Source of the DNA: a virus
Lineage: Duplodnaviria; Caudoviricetes
DNA: 64,000 bases
Virus record (IMG/VR): IMGVR_UViG_2861736478_000001
Span: 12,387-76,386 of that record
Reading direction: 5' to 3' (one strand)
Under the pieces are notes generated by a model that was given only the letters and a program-made list of their open reading frames with translations, was not told the origin of the DNA and searched no databases. Below are positions 36,112 through 46,154 of the stretch, piece after piece. The number at the start of each line of letters is the position of its first letter. The stretch's first letter is position 1. The position numbers were made by a program, and so were the translations under genes.

Positions 36112-36582
36112 GTGGCTGACTTCACCTTCAATATCGCCAAGGGCCGCGTGGTCGAGTTCTACCGGCAGATCAAAGCGAACACTCCCAGCGGATCGGCACT
36201 AGTCATGGTGGTCATCGCCGCCGCCGCCATCGAGGCAGACGGCCTGATGAACAATCGCACCACCCTCGCCGACGTGCTGTCGGCCTCCACTGAGGCGTCC
36301 AACGCCGGATACGAGCGAAAGTCGCTGCTGGCCGCGGACTTGGCTGAGGTCACAGTTGACAACGCCAATGACCGGGTTGACCTCGACATCCCCGACCAGA
36401 CGTACATCAACGTCCAGGCAGCCGGCGGCGCCTGGGGCAAGATCCTCATCTGCCACAGGCCGGGCTCGGTCGTCCCCGATTCCCAGATCATCCCGCTGAC
36501 TGCGCACGACTTCCCCATGAACCCGGACGGCGCCAACATCGTGGTGCAGACCGACGCCATCGGCTTCTACCGCGCCACCTGA
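36112..36582 (+). CDS. Putative virion structural protein
   Basis: AAGGAG RBS. FNIAKGRV.E...DRVDLD.PD motif seen in actinophage virion genes (recalled, not searched). Confidence 0.6.
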   Translation: MADFTFNIAKGRVVEFYRQIKANTPSGSALVMVVIAAAAIEADGLMNNRTTLADVLSASTEASNAGYERKSLLAADLAEVTVDNANDRVDLDIPDQTYINVQAAGGAWGKILICHRPGSVVPDSQIIPLTAHDFPMNPDGANIVVQTDAIGFYRAT

Positions 36583-36589
36583 CGGCGTC

Positions 36590-38560
36590 ATGGTCTTCGT
36601 CACTGAGAACTTTGAGGACGACACCCTCGACCTCGCCATCACCGGCACGTGGACCAGGACAAACGCCACAGCGGGGACCGGCTCTTGGTCGATGCGCAGT
36701 GCGCCCATCGACCACAACCAGATGACCGAGATGGTCGTCCAGGTCCCGGCTGGCGCCACGCACCTATCGTTCAAGATCCGCTTGTCGACTGAGGGCGGCG
36801 CCTACGACCCGTTCGAGCTCTACGGAATCGATGCGGTCGGTTCATACGTCCTGCTCGATGAGGCGTGGGGCGTGCTCGACTGGTACACGTGGCTCACTGC
36901 CGTTCCCGTCGACTCGTACACCGCAGTCGCCTTCCGCTACTCGAGGGACAGCAGCGACGGCGGGGGCGAAAACGCCGTCTTCGTCGACGACATTGTCTTC
37001 TTCACCGCCGCGCCTTCACCACCTGCGGCCGTGGCCAACAACTTCAATCACGGCGTAGCAGGCCAACCCCTCACCCCGGACAGCTCCGGCGGCGAGAACG
37101 GCCTCCCCTTCTCTGTATCCGGAAACGTCCACTACACCGACGAGGCTCCCCGCCTGCCCGGCGGGCTTGCGGCGGTCAACCCCGGCCCCGACCTCTCGGC
37201 GACCTTCTCCTGGGCTGACCCGCCTGGGATGAGCAGCAGCAACGCGTTCTACGTGCGGGCCTACTGGTACCGCGCTGAAGACGTCGACACAAGCTCGTCC
37301 GTGTTCACCCTGTACGGCCCGACCATCTGGTTCCTCGACCTCTGGGCCAGCGGCGGCAGCCTGTACCTGGATGTCCGTGCCTCACGCTTGACGGTGGGCG
37401 AGGCTCCTGCCGGGCAGTGGATCCGCATCGAACTGGCACTCCTGCTCGACTCCCCGGGTGTCGGCCACGCCGAAGCCTGGGTCTACTACCAGCACGACGC
37501 CACAGTTCCCGACGTGCATGTCACCAGCGGGACTATCACCTTCGAGGACCCGCGTCCCAACCAATACTCCTTCTACGTCAAGCGCGACAGCTTGGGCAAA
37601 CACTGGCTCCTCGACGACATCGCCGTTGGGTCGGTCAAACTGGGCCCGGTCGGGCCGCCCGCCACCGAAGCCATCGCCGCGGTGGTCGCGTCGGACACGT
37701 CGCAACCCCTTCCTCGGCTCGCGAAGGGCGACATCGGGTCCGCCAGCGGCGCCGAGGTCGCGCAGTCGTTGCACGGCGCTAGGCAGCGTCTGCTGCCAGC
37801 CTCGACCGATGCTGCCGCAGCGCGGATGCTGCACGGAAGCAAGGGCTGGCGGCTCGCCGCCGCTAGGAACCTGGACCACGCCCGCCCGTTGCACGCAACG
37901 AAGATCTTCACACTGGGCACGGTCGTCGAGGTCAATGAAGGACGGCGCCTGTTCGCTGACATCAGCCTCGGGCTGGCCCACGATCAATCCCGAGCCTTGC
38001 CGCTCGTCCCCAGACGGGTGAAGACGCTCCATCCCGCCGTGCATGCCGATGCTGCTCAACCGCTCCCACTGGGACGCGGACGCGCCCCCGGCCAAACGGT
38101 GACCAACGACATCGCCACAAGGTTGCGCTGGACCAAGACCCAGACCGTCGGGTTCGTGCTCGACCGGAGCCTGCCGGGCGTCTTTTCGCCCTTCCTTCCG
38201 CCACTCGCGGTTGACCTACCTCACCGTCTGTGGGGCGTGAGCGCGCCTGAGCTGCTGAGAGGAGTCGTTGTGGACCCCATCTCGTCACTATCGCTGGAGT
38301 ACGTGCGCGTCTTCGTCAAGCACGCTCGCGGAACCGAACCCGTGGAGATCGCCTTCACCACACCCGGCGTCGAGCCAGGGCCTGCGGACTGGAAGACCGC
38401 CAGTTGGGCCGAGACGAAGAATAGAGGTGCGATCGCACACATCCTCGTCGGCCCGAACGGCACCGTGACGCTGGCGGACGGCACCTACCAGGTATGGGTG
38501 CGCACTGTCCGGCAGGACGAGCGGCCCGTGCTTCCCAGCGGTCTCATCCCCATCATTTGA
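36590..38560 (+). CDS. Large beta-rich virion appendage/fibre-like protein
   Basis: Two Trp/Tyr-rich beta-sandwich-like regions, about 21-aa degenerate repeats (A..L...K..LG.A.E.D), Ig-like C-terminus. Confidence 0.55.
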   Translation: MVFVTENFEDDTLDLAITGTWTRTNATAGTGSWSMRSAPIDHNQMTEMVVQVPAGATHLSFKIRLSTEGGAYDPFELYGIDAVGSYVLLDEAWGVLDWYTWLTAVPVDSYTAVAFRYSRDSSDGGGENAVFVDDIVFFTAAPSPPAAVANNFNHGVAGQPLTPDSSGGENGLPFSVSGNVHYTDEAPRLPGGLAAVNPGPDLSATFSWADPPGMSSSNAFYVRAYWYRAEDVDTSSSVFTLYGPTIWFLDLWASGGSLYLDVRASRLTVGEAPAGQWIRIELALLLDSPGVGHAEAWVYYQHDATVPDVHVTSGTITFEDPRPNQYSFYVKRDSLGKHWLLDDIAVGSVKLGPVGPPATEAIAAVVASDTSQPLPRLAKGDIGSASGAEVAQSLHGARQRLLPASTDAAAARMLHGSKGWRLAAARNLDHARPLHATKIFTLGTVVEVNEGRRLFADISLGLAHDQSRALPLVPRRVKTLHPAVHADAAQPLPLGRGRAPGQTVTNDIATRLRWTKTQTVGFVLDRSLPGVFSPFLPPLAVDLPHRLWGVSAPELLRGVVVDPISSLSLEYVRVFVKHARGTEPVEIAFTTPGVEPGPADWKTASWAETKNRGAIAHILVGPNGTVTLADGTYQVWVRTVRQDERPVLPSGLIPII

Positions 38561-38573
38561 CTGGAGTCCACTC

Positions 38574-38834
38574 ATGTACGCGACGCCGAGCATTGGCCGC
38601 ATCGTCCACTACGTTTCCTACGGCACGCCGGGGGGTGAGTACACCTCCCAGTGCCGGGCCGCACAGATCACGGAGGTCGCGCCCGACGGGAACACCGTGG
38701 GCCTGGCCGTCATAAGCCCCACGGGCCTGTTCTTCCACTCCCTCGCGCAAGGCGGCTGCGAGCACCACGAGACGTACGGCGTGAACCCGCCCGCCCGCCG
38801 CGGCGGCACCTGGCACTGGCCTGAGCAGGTCTGA
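38574..38834 (+). CDS. Conserved small phage protein (PSIGRIVHY family)
   Basis: PSIGRIVHYV...RAA.ITEV...VGLAV..PTGLFF...GGTWHWPE. Confidence 0.75.
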   Translation: MYATPSIGRIVHYVSYGTPGGEYTSQCRAAQITEVAPDGNTVGLAVISPTGLFFHSLAQGGCEHHETYGVNPPARRGGTWHWPEQV

Positions 38835-38927
38835 CCCGCAGCCTGATCCCCTTTCCCATCTCGTAGCACGAGCTCTACCGGCTCGCCATTCCCGCAAGCG
38901 GTTCAGCTTGCAAGAAGGGAGGTGGCG

Positions 38928-40489
38928 GTGCCGCTTCCCGACCGTGATATGGAATGGCCCCCGCCCCACACACGGCAAGAGAACAAGCTCTACGCCCAGT
39001 GGGGGGCCTGGTACTCAGGCGACCCCGACCGGCTGTCACAGGTGTACGGCGCGGGCGTGACACCGGGCCTCGGCCTGGATCTGAAGGGCTGGGACCGGCC
39101 GCTCCAATACGCCGGCGGCGTCGTCGGTCGCGTGGCCCGCTGGTTCTGGGGCTCGCCGATTCCGGCTGGCCAGTCGCGCAGCACGAAGCTGCACGTGCCG
39201 ATCGCCGCCGACATCAGCGCGACCAGCGCCGACCTGCTGTTCTCCGAGCCGCCCACTCTCCGCGTCCCGGGCAAGAAGGGCCAGTCGCGCCTAGACCGGA
39301 TCCTCGCTGACGGCGGCGTCTACAGCATGCTGCTGGAGTCCGCCGAGATCGGCTCCGCGTACGGCGGCGTCTACCTGCGCGTCGGCTGGAACAGCGAGAT
39401 CGCCGACTACCCCATCCTCGACCTGGTCCCCGCCGATGCGGCGGTGCCGGAGTTCGCCAACAACAGGCTCCGCGCGGTGACCTTCTGGAAGGTCGTTCAT
39501 GAGGAGGAGAAGGCGGTCTGGCGGCACTTGGAACGCCACGAGACCGGCCGGATCTACCACGGGCTGTACCGCGGTGACCGTGAGCGGCTCGGCATGCAGG
39601 TGCCTCTGGAGGATCACCCCGAGACCGCCGGATTCGCGGAGATCGTAGACGCCGAGGGCGGCCTGGACACCGGCTACGACAAGGCTTGCTCACCTACTAC
39701 GTGCCGAACATCAAGCCTCACCGGCTGCTGCGCGGCACTTCGCTCGGCCGCAGCGACTACAGCGGCGTCGAGCCGCTCATGGACGCGCTGGACGAGACCT
39801 ACACGTCCTGGATGCGGGACCTGCGGCTCGGAAAGGGCCGGATCATCGTGCCGGAGGTCTACCTGGCCAACACCGGTCGCGGCCGGGGGTCGACGTGGGA
39901 TCCGGACCGCGAGGTGTACTCCGGCCTGGGCATGATGCCGCCCGCCAATGGCGGGCCCAGCATGATCACGATCTCCCAGTTCGACATTCGCGTCGCCGAG
40001 CACAAGGAGACCGCTCGCACCCTGCTGGCGCAGATTCTGCGCGGCGCGGGCTACTCGGTGCAATCCTTCGGCGAGGCGGGCGACGGCCAGGCGGCCACAG
40101 CGACGGAGATCCACTCCCGTGAGCGCAAGTCGTTCGTCACCCGTGGCAAGAAGCTGAACTACTGGACGCCCGCCCTGGCGTGGCTCGCCGAGGCTCTCCT
40201 GTCGATCGACCTGGCCGTGTTCGGCACGAAGGTCGTCGCGGAGAAGGCCACCATCGAGTGGCCAGACGGGGTCATGCCCGATCCGGAGAGCCTGAGCCGG
40301 ACGCTGGACATGCTCAACCGGGCCCAGTCCGCCAGCCTCGACACCCGTGTCCGGATGCTCCACCCCGACTGGGACGACACCCAGGTCAAGGCCGAGGTGC
40401 GGCGCCTGCGCGACGAACTCGGGCTGAACCTGCCGGACCCGGCCGAGCTGGACGAGACGTACGTCCCGGGCGATGGCGACGACGACTAG
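38928..40489 (+). pseudogene. Portal protein (SPP1 gp6/A118-like) split by a 1-nt frameshift near 39684
   Basis: Frame 1 gives LHVPIAADISATSADLLFSE...GLDTGYDK. A second frame continues LLTYYVPN...GRSDY..MDALDETYTSWMRDLRLGK. Confidence 0.85.
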
Positions 40490-43001
40490 CGGACCCACGC
40501 CCGAGCAGGCCATCGAGCAGGCTTTGGAACAGGCCAAGCTCGTGGCCCGCATGTATGCGGAGGCCGAGCAGCTGCTCGCCGAGAAGATCGCCAAGCGCGC
40601 GACAGGCGGTGACGACGAGCAGGACGCTGGCCGGTGGCAAGAAGGCCGGTTCGCCGAGATCGGGCAGCTCCGCAAGGAAGCCCAGCAGATCATCAAGCGG
40701 CTCGAATCGGTAGCCAAGAAGGCTGCCGAGAAGGCAGTGCTCCAGTCCTGGGCCGATGGCATGGACTCCGCCGTGGTGGCCGCGTTGTCGCAGGTGCACG
40801 ACGACAAGGTCCGCAAGCGCCTGGACCAGGTGCTGCGGGATGCCCGGAAACTGGGGGCGAAGAAGCTGATCAACCCTGGCCAGGGCGTTAACGAGCTCGC
40901 CCGCCAGACCGTGGAGAAGCTGTCTGCCGTCCACCTGTCGGCGCTGCGCGTGGTCGACGACATCTACCGCAAGGTGGTCGCCGACACCGCTGGCCAGGTT
41001 CTGACCGGTGCCCGCACCCGGAAGGAGGCCGCTCGGGACGCGCTGAAGCGCCTGACCCCGGTGGCGCCGTTTCGGGACAAGTCGGGCCGCCAGTGGCGGA
41101 TGTCCACCTACGTGGAGATGGCCATGCGCACCGCCACGGCGCGCGCGGCCGTCGACGGCCATCTCGCGGTCATGCAGGACGCGGGCATCGACCTGGTCAT
41201 CGTCTCGACGACGCCGTGGAACTGCGAGAAGTGCGACCCCTGGGAGGGGAAGGTCCTCACGCAGTCCGGTGCGGCCGGAAAGATCTCGGTGGAGCACGCC
41301 CTCGAGGACGGTGTGCAGGTCGAGGTCGAGGTGGCCGCGACGGTGAGCGGGGCCCGCATCGCGGGGCTCTTCCACCCGCAGTGCCGTCACAGCTTGTCGG
41401 CGTACCTGCCGGGTGTGACGACGGTTCCGGCGAAGCCGACCGCTCCGCCGACCAAGCCCAAGCCGAAGCCGTCAGCGGGCAAGCCCAAGCCGACGCCGAA
41501 GAAGCCTGACAAGCCGCAGCTCGCCGCTCAAGAACAGCCGCGCCCGAACGCCGAAGCCACCGTGCGCCGAGAGGTCGACGAGCAGGCCCAGCGTGAGCAA
41601 CTGGTCGCGGAGGAGAGAGCACGCCGAGAGGTCGAGGAGCAGGAGAACGCCACTGGGGTTGAAGCCGGCGACTTCAGCAAACTGCGCCAGGTCGGGCAAC
41701 AGGGCGGATCGAACCCCGGCGGGATGTTCGAGGACGAGAACGGCAACCGCTGGTACGTCAAGACCCAGCAGTCCGAGACGCACGCCGCCAACGAAGTCGC
41801 CTCAGCCCGCCTGTACCGGGCGGCCGGGATCCGAACTCCCGACGTTCGCCGGGGGAGTGGCGCACCGGGCCTTCCGGACGGGCCGCAGACGGCAAGCCGA
41901 GTCGTGGAAGGCAAGCAGGTCACGGCCAAGGAGCTTCGCGGGCCTGCCCGTGAAGGATTCGGCGCCGACGCCTGGCTGGCCAACTGGGACACCGCGGGCC
42001 TGACGTTCGACAACATGCTCTTGTCGCCAGACGGGTCCGTGACCCGGATCGACACGGGCGGCTCGATGCTGTTCCGTGCTCAGGGCGGCCCGAAGGGCGA
42101 CAAGTTCGGCAACACCGTCCCCGAGTGGCGGACCCTGCGCCATCGCAAGCAGGCCCCGCAGGCCGAAAAGCTGTTCGGAGGGCTCACGCCGGTCGAGCAG
42201 GAAAAGGCGCTCGAACGAATTGAGCAGGTCACACCCGCTGAGATCCGCCGGATCATCTCCGAGTCGGGGCTCGACAAGGACGTAGCCGATCGGCTCATCG
42301 CCCGTCGTGCGGACCTCATGCGGCGCCTCAAGAAGGTACGGGAGCTTGCTCAACGGCAGCGCGCCTACGATAAGAAGCGCGCCACGGCAGCGACAGGTCG
42401 GGACGCACTGGACGCCGCGCCTACACGGCTGACCGTGTACTCCTACGGAAATCCGTCCAAGCTGGTTCCTCAACCTGCCGGGTGGACTGACGAGCAGGTC
42501 AGGCGCAGCACGTTTGCACTTGGCGGCTATCGGGGCTCCGACTACAAGGACATCAACAAGCGGCTGCGAGAGAACGATCCGGACCACAGCCAGATCAGAG
42601 ACATCGACAAGGTCATGCCCCTGTCGGAGCTCAAGAAGACTGTGCTGTCGTACCGGGGCATCCGCGACACCAAGGCATTCGGGTCTGCCTGGGATGACGT
42701 CGATGTCGCCGGGCTGGAGTGGATCGATCTGTCCTACGCCAGCACCACCGTGGATCTACGCATCGCTGAGCGATTCGCAGCGGGCGGGGATCCGCCCGTC
42801 ATCATGCGAATCGTCACCCCGCCGGGGGTTTCGGCGATCCGCTTGTCCGACCTCGCACCCCCCGACCGCGCTCCGGACCCTGGTACAAAGGAGGAAGCGG
42901 AGCTCATGCACCAGCGGGACATCAAGTACCGGGTGGTGACCGATCATGGATTCGACGAACGTGGAATCCGCCAACTGGACGTGGAGGTGTCCCCCCGATG
43001 A
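40473..43001 (+). CDS. MuF/minor capsid protein fused to HipA/PI-kinase-like and VIP2-type ADP-ribosyltransferase domains
   Basis: MuF: GRQWRMSTYVEMAMRT, CEKCDPWEG, GLFHPQCRH. Kinase-like: GSNPGG..WYVK..NE, DAWLANWD..DN..RIDTGG. ART: YRG, YASTT, EEAE. Confidence 0.85.
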   Translation: MATTTSGPTPEQAIEQALEQAKLVARMYAEAEQLLAEKIAKRATGGDDEQDAGRWQEGRFAEIGQLRKEAQQIIKRLESVAKKAAEKAVLQSWADGMDSAVVAALSQVHDDKVRKRLDQVLRDARKLGAKKLINPGQGVNELARQTVEKLSAVHLSALRVVDDIYRKVVADTAGQVLTGARTRKEAARDALKRLTPVAPFRDKSGRQWRMSTYVEMAMRTATARAAVDGHLAVMQDAGIDLVIVSTTPWNCEKCDPWEGKVLTQSGAAGKISVEHALEDGVQVEVEVAATVSGARIAGLFHPQCRHSLSAYLPGVTTVPAKPTAPPTKPKPKPSAGKPKPTPKKPDKPQLAAQEQPRPNAEATVRREVDEQAQREQLVAEERARREVEEQENATGVEAGDFSKLRQVGQQGGSNPGGMFEDENGNRWYVKTQQSETHAANEVASARLYRAAGIRTPDVRRGSGAPGLPDGPQTASRVVEGKQVTAKELRGPAREGFGADAWLANWDTAGLTFDNMLLSPDGSVTRIDTGGSMLFRAQGGPKGDKFGNTVPEWRTLRHRKQAPQAEKLFGGLTPVEQEKALERIEQVTPAEIRRIISESGLDKDVADRLIARRADLMRRLKKVRELAQRQRAYDKKRATAATGRDALDAAPTRLTVYSYGNPSKLVPQPAGWTDEQVRRSTFALGGYRGSDYKDINKRLRENDPDHSQIRDIDKVMPLSELKKTVLSYRGIRDTKAFGSAWDDVDVAGLEWIDLSYASTTVDLRIAERFAAGGDPPVIMRIVTPPGVSAIRLSDLAPPDRAPDPGTKEEAELMHQRDIKYRVVTDHGFDERGIRQLDVEVSPR

Positions 43002-43144
43002 GCACTCCGGACCAGGAGCCCAGGTCGATCGAGGACCGGTGGGCTGATGCCGAGAAGCCTGGCACGCTGATCGTGACAAGCGAGCCCGAGAAGACCATCG
43101 AGAACTGGATGGACGACGAACCTTCTGCCGACAACGAGAAGTAG
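42998..43144 (+). CDS. 48-aa acidic protein, candidate immunity/antitoxin
   Basis: ATGA-coupled to the MuF stop. MSTPDQEPRSIEDRWADAEKPGTLIVTSEPEKTIENWMDDEPSADNEK. Confidence 0.55.
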   Translation: MSTPDQEPRSIEDRWADAEKPGTLIVTSEPEKTIENWMDDEPSADNEK

Positions 43145-43155
43145 AGTCCATCCCT

Positions 43156-43182
43156 GAAAGGCCCGCCCTGTGCGGGCCTTTC
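43156..43182 (+). terminator. Hairpin GAAAGGCCCGC/GCGGGCCTTTC
   Basis: 11-bp stem followed by GCATGTC, after the MuF/partner pair. Confidence 0.65.
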
Positions 43183-43290
43183 GCATGTCCGCCGCCGGAC
43201 GATCTGGCGGCCTCCTGCTCGCGCAGCACGCTGGACGGCGGCGAGCAGTCTCCCCCGATGCCGGACAGCCCGTAGGCCGGGCGCGGCTTC

Positions 43291-43312
43291 CCGCAAGCGG
43301 TTCCGCTTGCGG
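43291..43312. repeat. Best copy of dispersed 22-bp dyad CCGCAAGCGG-TT-CCGCTTGCGG
   Basis: Perfect 10-bp arms, upstream of the scaffold gene. Other copies are listed in findings. Confidence 0.85.
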
Positions 43313-43388
43313 TATTTCAGGCTGCCCGTTGGCCGGGCGGCGTGCGCAGCCCGTTGGCCGGGCGGCACTGACTGAACAAGGAGCACAG

Positions 43389-44108
43389 TTGGACCCCGAC
43401 GAGAACGACAAGCCGCAGGACCCTCCCGCCCCGGAACCGGCGCCCGAGCCGACGCCCGAGCCCGCTCCCGCGCCGGACGACAAGGCCAAGCCCGACGCCC
43501 GCAAGATCGACGACCTGCCCGCATGGGCCCAGGCGGAGCTGCGCCGCGCCCGCATGGAAGCGGTCAACGCCCGCAAGGCCGCCGAGGAGCAGAAGACCGA
43601 GCAGGGGCCGTCCCCCGAAGACCTGGTCGCTCAGGCGCAGAAGGACCTCGCCCAGCAGATCGGCAAGGCGCTCGGCCTCGTAGCCGAGGAGGAGAAGTCT
43701 CTCGACCCGCAGCAGGTGATCGAGAAGCTGACTGCCGAGAAGGACAGCACGGCCAAGGAACGGGACGCGGAGAAGGACCGGCATCGTCGCGCCTTGATCG
43801 AGCTGGCTGTGCACCGGGCGAGCACACGGCTCGGCGCCGACCCTGACGCGCTGCTCGACTCGCGCTCGTTCCTGCGCAACGTGCGCGACATGGACCCGGA
43901 CGGCGAGGGGTTCAGCGCCACGCTGACCGGGGCCATTCAGAAGGCCGTCGAGGACAACCCCAAGTTCAAGGCGGCCGGAACGTCCGGTCCGCCCGCCAAG
44001 AGCGGCGGCGAATTCACCGGCGGTCCCGGCGCGCGGGCCAGCGATCCCGAGCAGATGACCACCGACGACTTCCGCGCGTTCCGGCGCAACAAGAAGTCCT
44101 CTGACTAA
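43389..44108 (+). CDS. Capsid scaffolding protein
   Basis: PEP-rich N-terminus, LPAWAQAELRRAR.EA, coiled coil, DPDALLDSRSF, KSGGEF. Precedes the capsid gene. Confidence 0.85.
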   Translation: MDPDENDKPQDPPAPEPAPEPTPEPAPAPDDKAKPDARKIDDLPAWAQAELRRARMEAVNARKAAEEQKTEQGPSPEDLVAQAQKDLAQQIGKALGLVAEEEKSLDPQQVIEKLTAEKDSTAKERDAEKDRHRRALIELAVHRASTRLGADPDALLDSRSFLRNVRDMDPDGEGFSATLTGAIQKAVEDNPKFKAAGTSGPPAKSGGEFTGGPGARASDPEQMTTDDFRAFRRNKKSSD

Positions 44109-44158
44109 GCCGCAAGCGGTTCCGCTCGCGGCTTTCTTGATTTCTAGGAGGGGCATTC

Positions 44159-45094
44159 GTGCCTAACAACTTTCTGACGCCGAACGTGATCGCGCGAGCG
44201 GCGCTTGCCACCCTGTACGAGACCTGCGTCATGGCCCAGCTGGTCCACAGGGACTACGACGAGGACTTCGCGTCCAAGGTCGGCGACACCGTGAACGTGA
44301 GGAAGCCCGCGGTCTTCGAGGCCAAGGAGTTCTCCCGCGCGAACGGCATCGAGATCCAGAACGCCCAGGAAACGGGCATCCCGGTCACCCTGAACCACTT
44401 CGCAGACGTGTCCTTTGCCGTGACCGCCGAGGACCTGACCCTGCGGATCGAGGACTTCGGCGTCCAGCTGCTCAACCCGGCGATGGAGGCCATCAGCCAG
44501 AAGATCGACCGAGACATCCTCGCCCTCCGCAACGACATCGTCCAGGAGGTCGGACGGACCGGCCAGCATGCCGCGAACCCGCCCGGTGCCAACGTCTTCG
44601 TCTACGACAACCCGCGCACCGCGATCGACGCTCGGCGTGTCCTGAACCAGCGCAACGTGCCGGCCGCTGACCGACACCTGGTCGTCGGCCCGGAGATCGA
44701 GGCCAAGTGGCTGGGTGACGAGCTGTTCCACCGCGCTGACGCCCGCGGCGACACGGACGGTCTCCGTGAGGCGTCGCTGGGTCGCAGGGTCTTCGGCTTC
44801 GACCCGTACCAGACCCAGAACATCAAGGTTCCCGACCAGGTGACCGGCGCGTCCACGACCGAGGTCGGCGTCGCCTTCCACCGGACGGCTTTCGCGCTGG
44901 TCACCCGCCCGCTGGTGCTGCCGCAGGGCGCGGCCAATGCCGCAGTTGCCTCCTACAAGGGGTTCGGTCTGCGCGTGGTCATGGACTACGACATCGATCT
45001 CAAGCAGGACGTGGTCAGCATCGACTGCCTCTACGGCACGAAGACCATCGACCCCAACCGTGCGGTGCTCATCAAGGGCCCCAACGTCGCGTAG
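44159..45094 (+). CDS. Major capsid protein (P22 coat-like)
   Basis: NNFLTP..IAR.AL..L, RDY..DFA.KVGDTVNVRKP, G.R..GFD.Y.TQN, DCLYG.KT. Confidence 0.9.
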   Translation: MPNNFLTPNVIARAALATLYETCVMAQLVHRDYDEDFASKVGDTVNVRKPAVFEAKEFSRANGIEIQNAQETGIPVTLNHFADVSFAVTAEDLTLRIEDFGVQLLNPAMEAISQKIDRDILALRNDIVQEVGRTGQHAANPPGANVFVYDNPRTAIDARRVLNQRNVPAADRHLVVGPEIEAKWLGDELFHRADARGDTDGLREASLGRRVFGFDPYQTQNIKVPDQVTGASTTEVGVAFHRTAFALVTRPLVLPQGAANAAVASYKGFGLRVVMDYDIDLKQDVVSIDCLYGTKTIDPNRAVLIKGPNVA

Positions 45095-45163
45095 TCAGCG
45101 CCCCCACGCGCACCTGTGCCTGCCCACCCGGCGGGCTTTTCGCATTTCTAAGGAGAAAACGCG

Positions 45164-45508
45164 ATGTCGTACAAGGCTCGGCTCACCGAGCGGGTCCTGA
45201 CCCTGAAGACCCCTGCGGCTGGCACCCACGTCCTGTGGCGAGCGCCGGTCGCCTGCAAGGTGAAGGCGGTCCGCGCCTACCGGGTGGGCGGCACCGGAGC
45301 GACCGTCAACGCCACGAAGAACGGCGGCAACCTGCTCGCTGCGCCCCTGTCGGCCGCCCCTGCGGCGACCTGGGTCTCGGCCAGCCCCACCGCGGCCGTG
45401 GGCAAGCTCGCCGCAGGCGACACGCTCGCTGCGGTGATCGTGACGGCGGACGGCAACCCGACCGACCTCACCATCCAGATCGACGTCGAGCTGGACGCCA
45501 ACGGCTGA
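45164..45508 (+). CDS. Small beta-rich head protein (decoration?)
   Basis: AAGGAG RBS directly after the capsid gene. Confidence 0.6.
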   Translation: MSYKARLTERVLTLKTPAAGTHVLWRAPVACKVKAVRAYRVGGTGATVNATKNGGNLLAAPLSAAPAATWVSASPTAAVGKLAAGDTLAAVIVTADGNPTDLTIQIDVELDANG

Positions 45509-45804
45509 TGTTCGTCTACCGCAACTCCAGCACCGGCCAGGTGGTCGAGCTTCCCGAGCGGGATGTACGGCTCGACCACCTGGACGTGTGGCTACTGATC
45601 GCTGAACCCGCCCCCGAGGACCTCCCCGAGCAGGTCATCGAGCCTGCTCCGGAGCCCCGGCCCGAGCGGCCGTCCGAGAACGACACCAAGGCGGCCTGGG
45701 TCGCCTACGCGGTCGCCCGCGGCATGGCCGAGGGCGACGCCAAGTCCCTGTCCAAGGCCGCGCTCGTCGAGGAGTTCGGCCGCGACGACGAGGAGGATGA
45801 CTGA
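45508..45804 (+). CDS. Hypothetical head-region protein
   Basis: TGATG coupling. KAAWVAYAV motif. Confidence 0.6.
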   Translation: MFVYRNSSTGQVVELPERDVRLDHLDVWLLIAEPAPEDLPEQVIEPAPEPRPERPSENDTKAAWVAYAVARGMAEGDAKSLSKAALVEEFGRDDEEDD

Positions 45805-46151
45805 TGGCTCGCGCTGAGGCCACCATCACACCGCTGCCCCGCGCAGGTCTCGCGGTCGCCACGGCGCCGGCCAACCCGGCGGTCGTCGACGGCCTCATGG
45901 TCACCTGGTCGGACAAGCGGATGATCCGCATCAAGAACACCGACGCCGCACCGAAGACCGTCACCCTGGTCATCCCCGGCGCGATCGACGGCCAGGAGAT
46001 CCCTGACCGCGACTACATCATCCCGGCCAGCACCGGGGACGTCCTGATCCCGCCGCTTCCCGCCGTCTACCGGCACCCCGACGGCAAGGTGTGGATCAAC
46101 TTCTCCGCCATCACCGGCGTCTCCGTCGCCGTCTACGAGCTCCCGGCCTGA
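45804..46151 (+). CDS. Hypothetical virion protein
   Basis: TGATG coupling, beta-rich. Confidence 0.6.
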   Translation: MARAEATITPLPRAGLAVATAPANPAVVDGLMVTWSDKRMIRIKNTDAAPKTVTLVIPGAIDGQEIPDRDYIIPASTGDVLIPPLPAVYRHPDGKVWINFSAITGVSVAVYELPA

Positions 46152-46154
46152 GCC

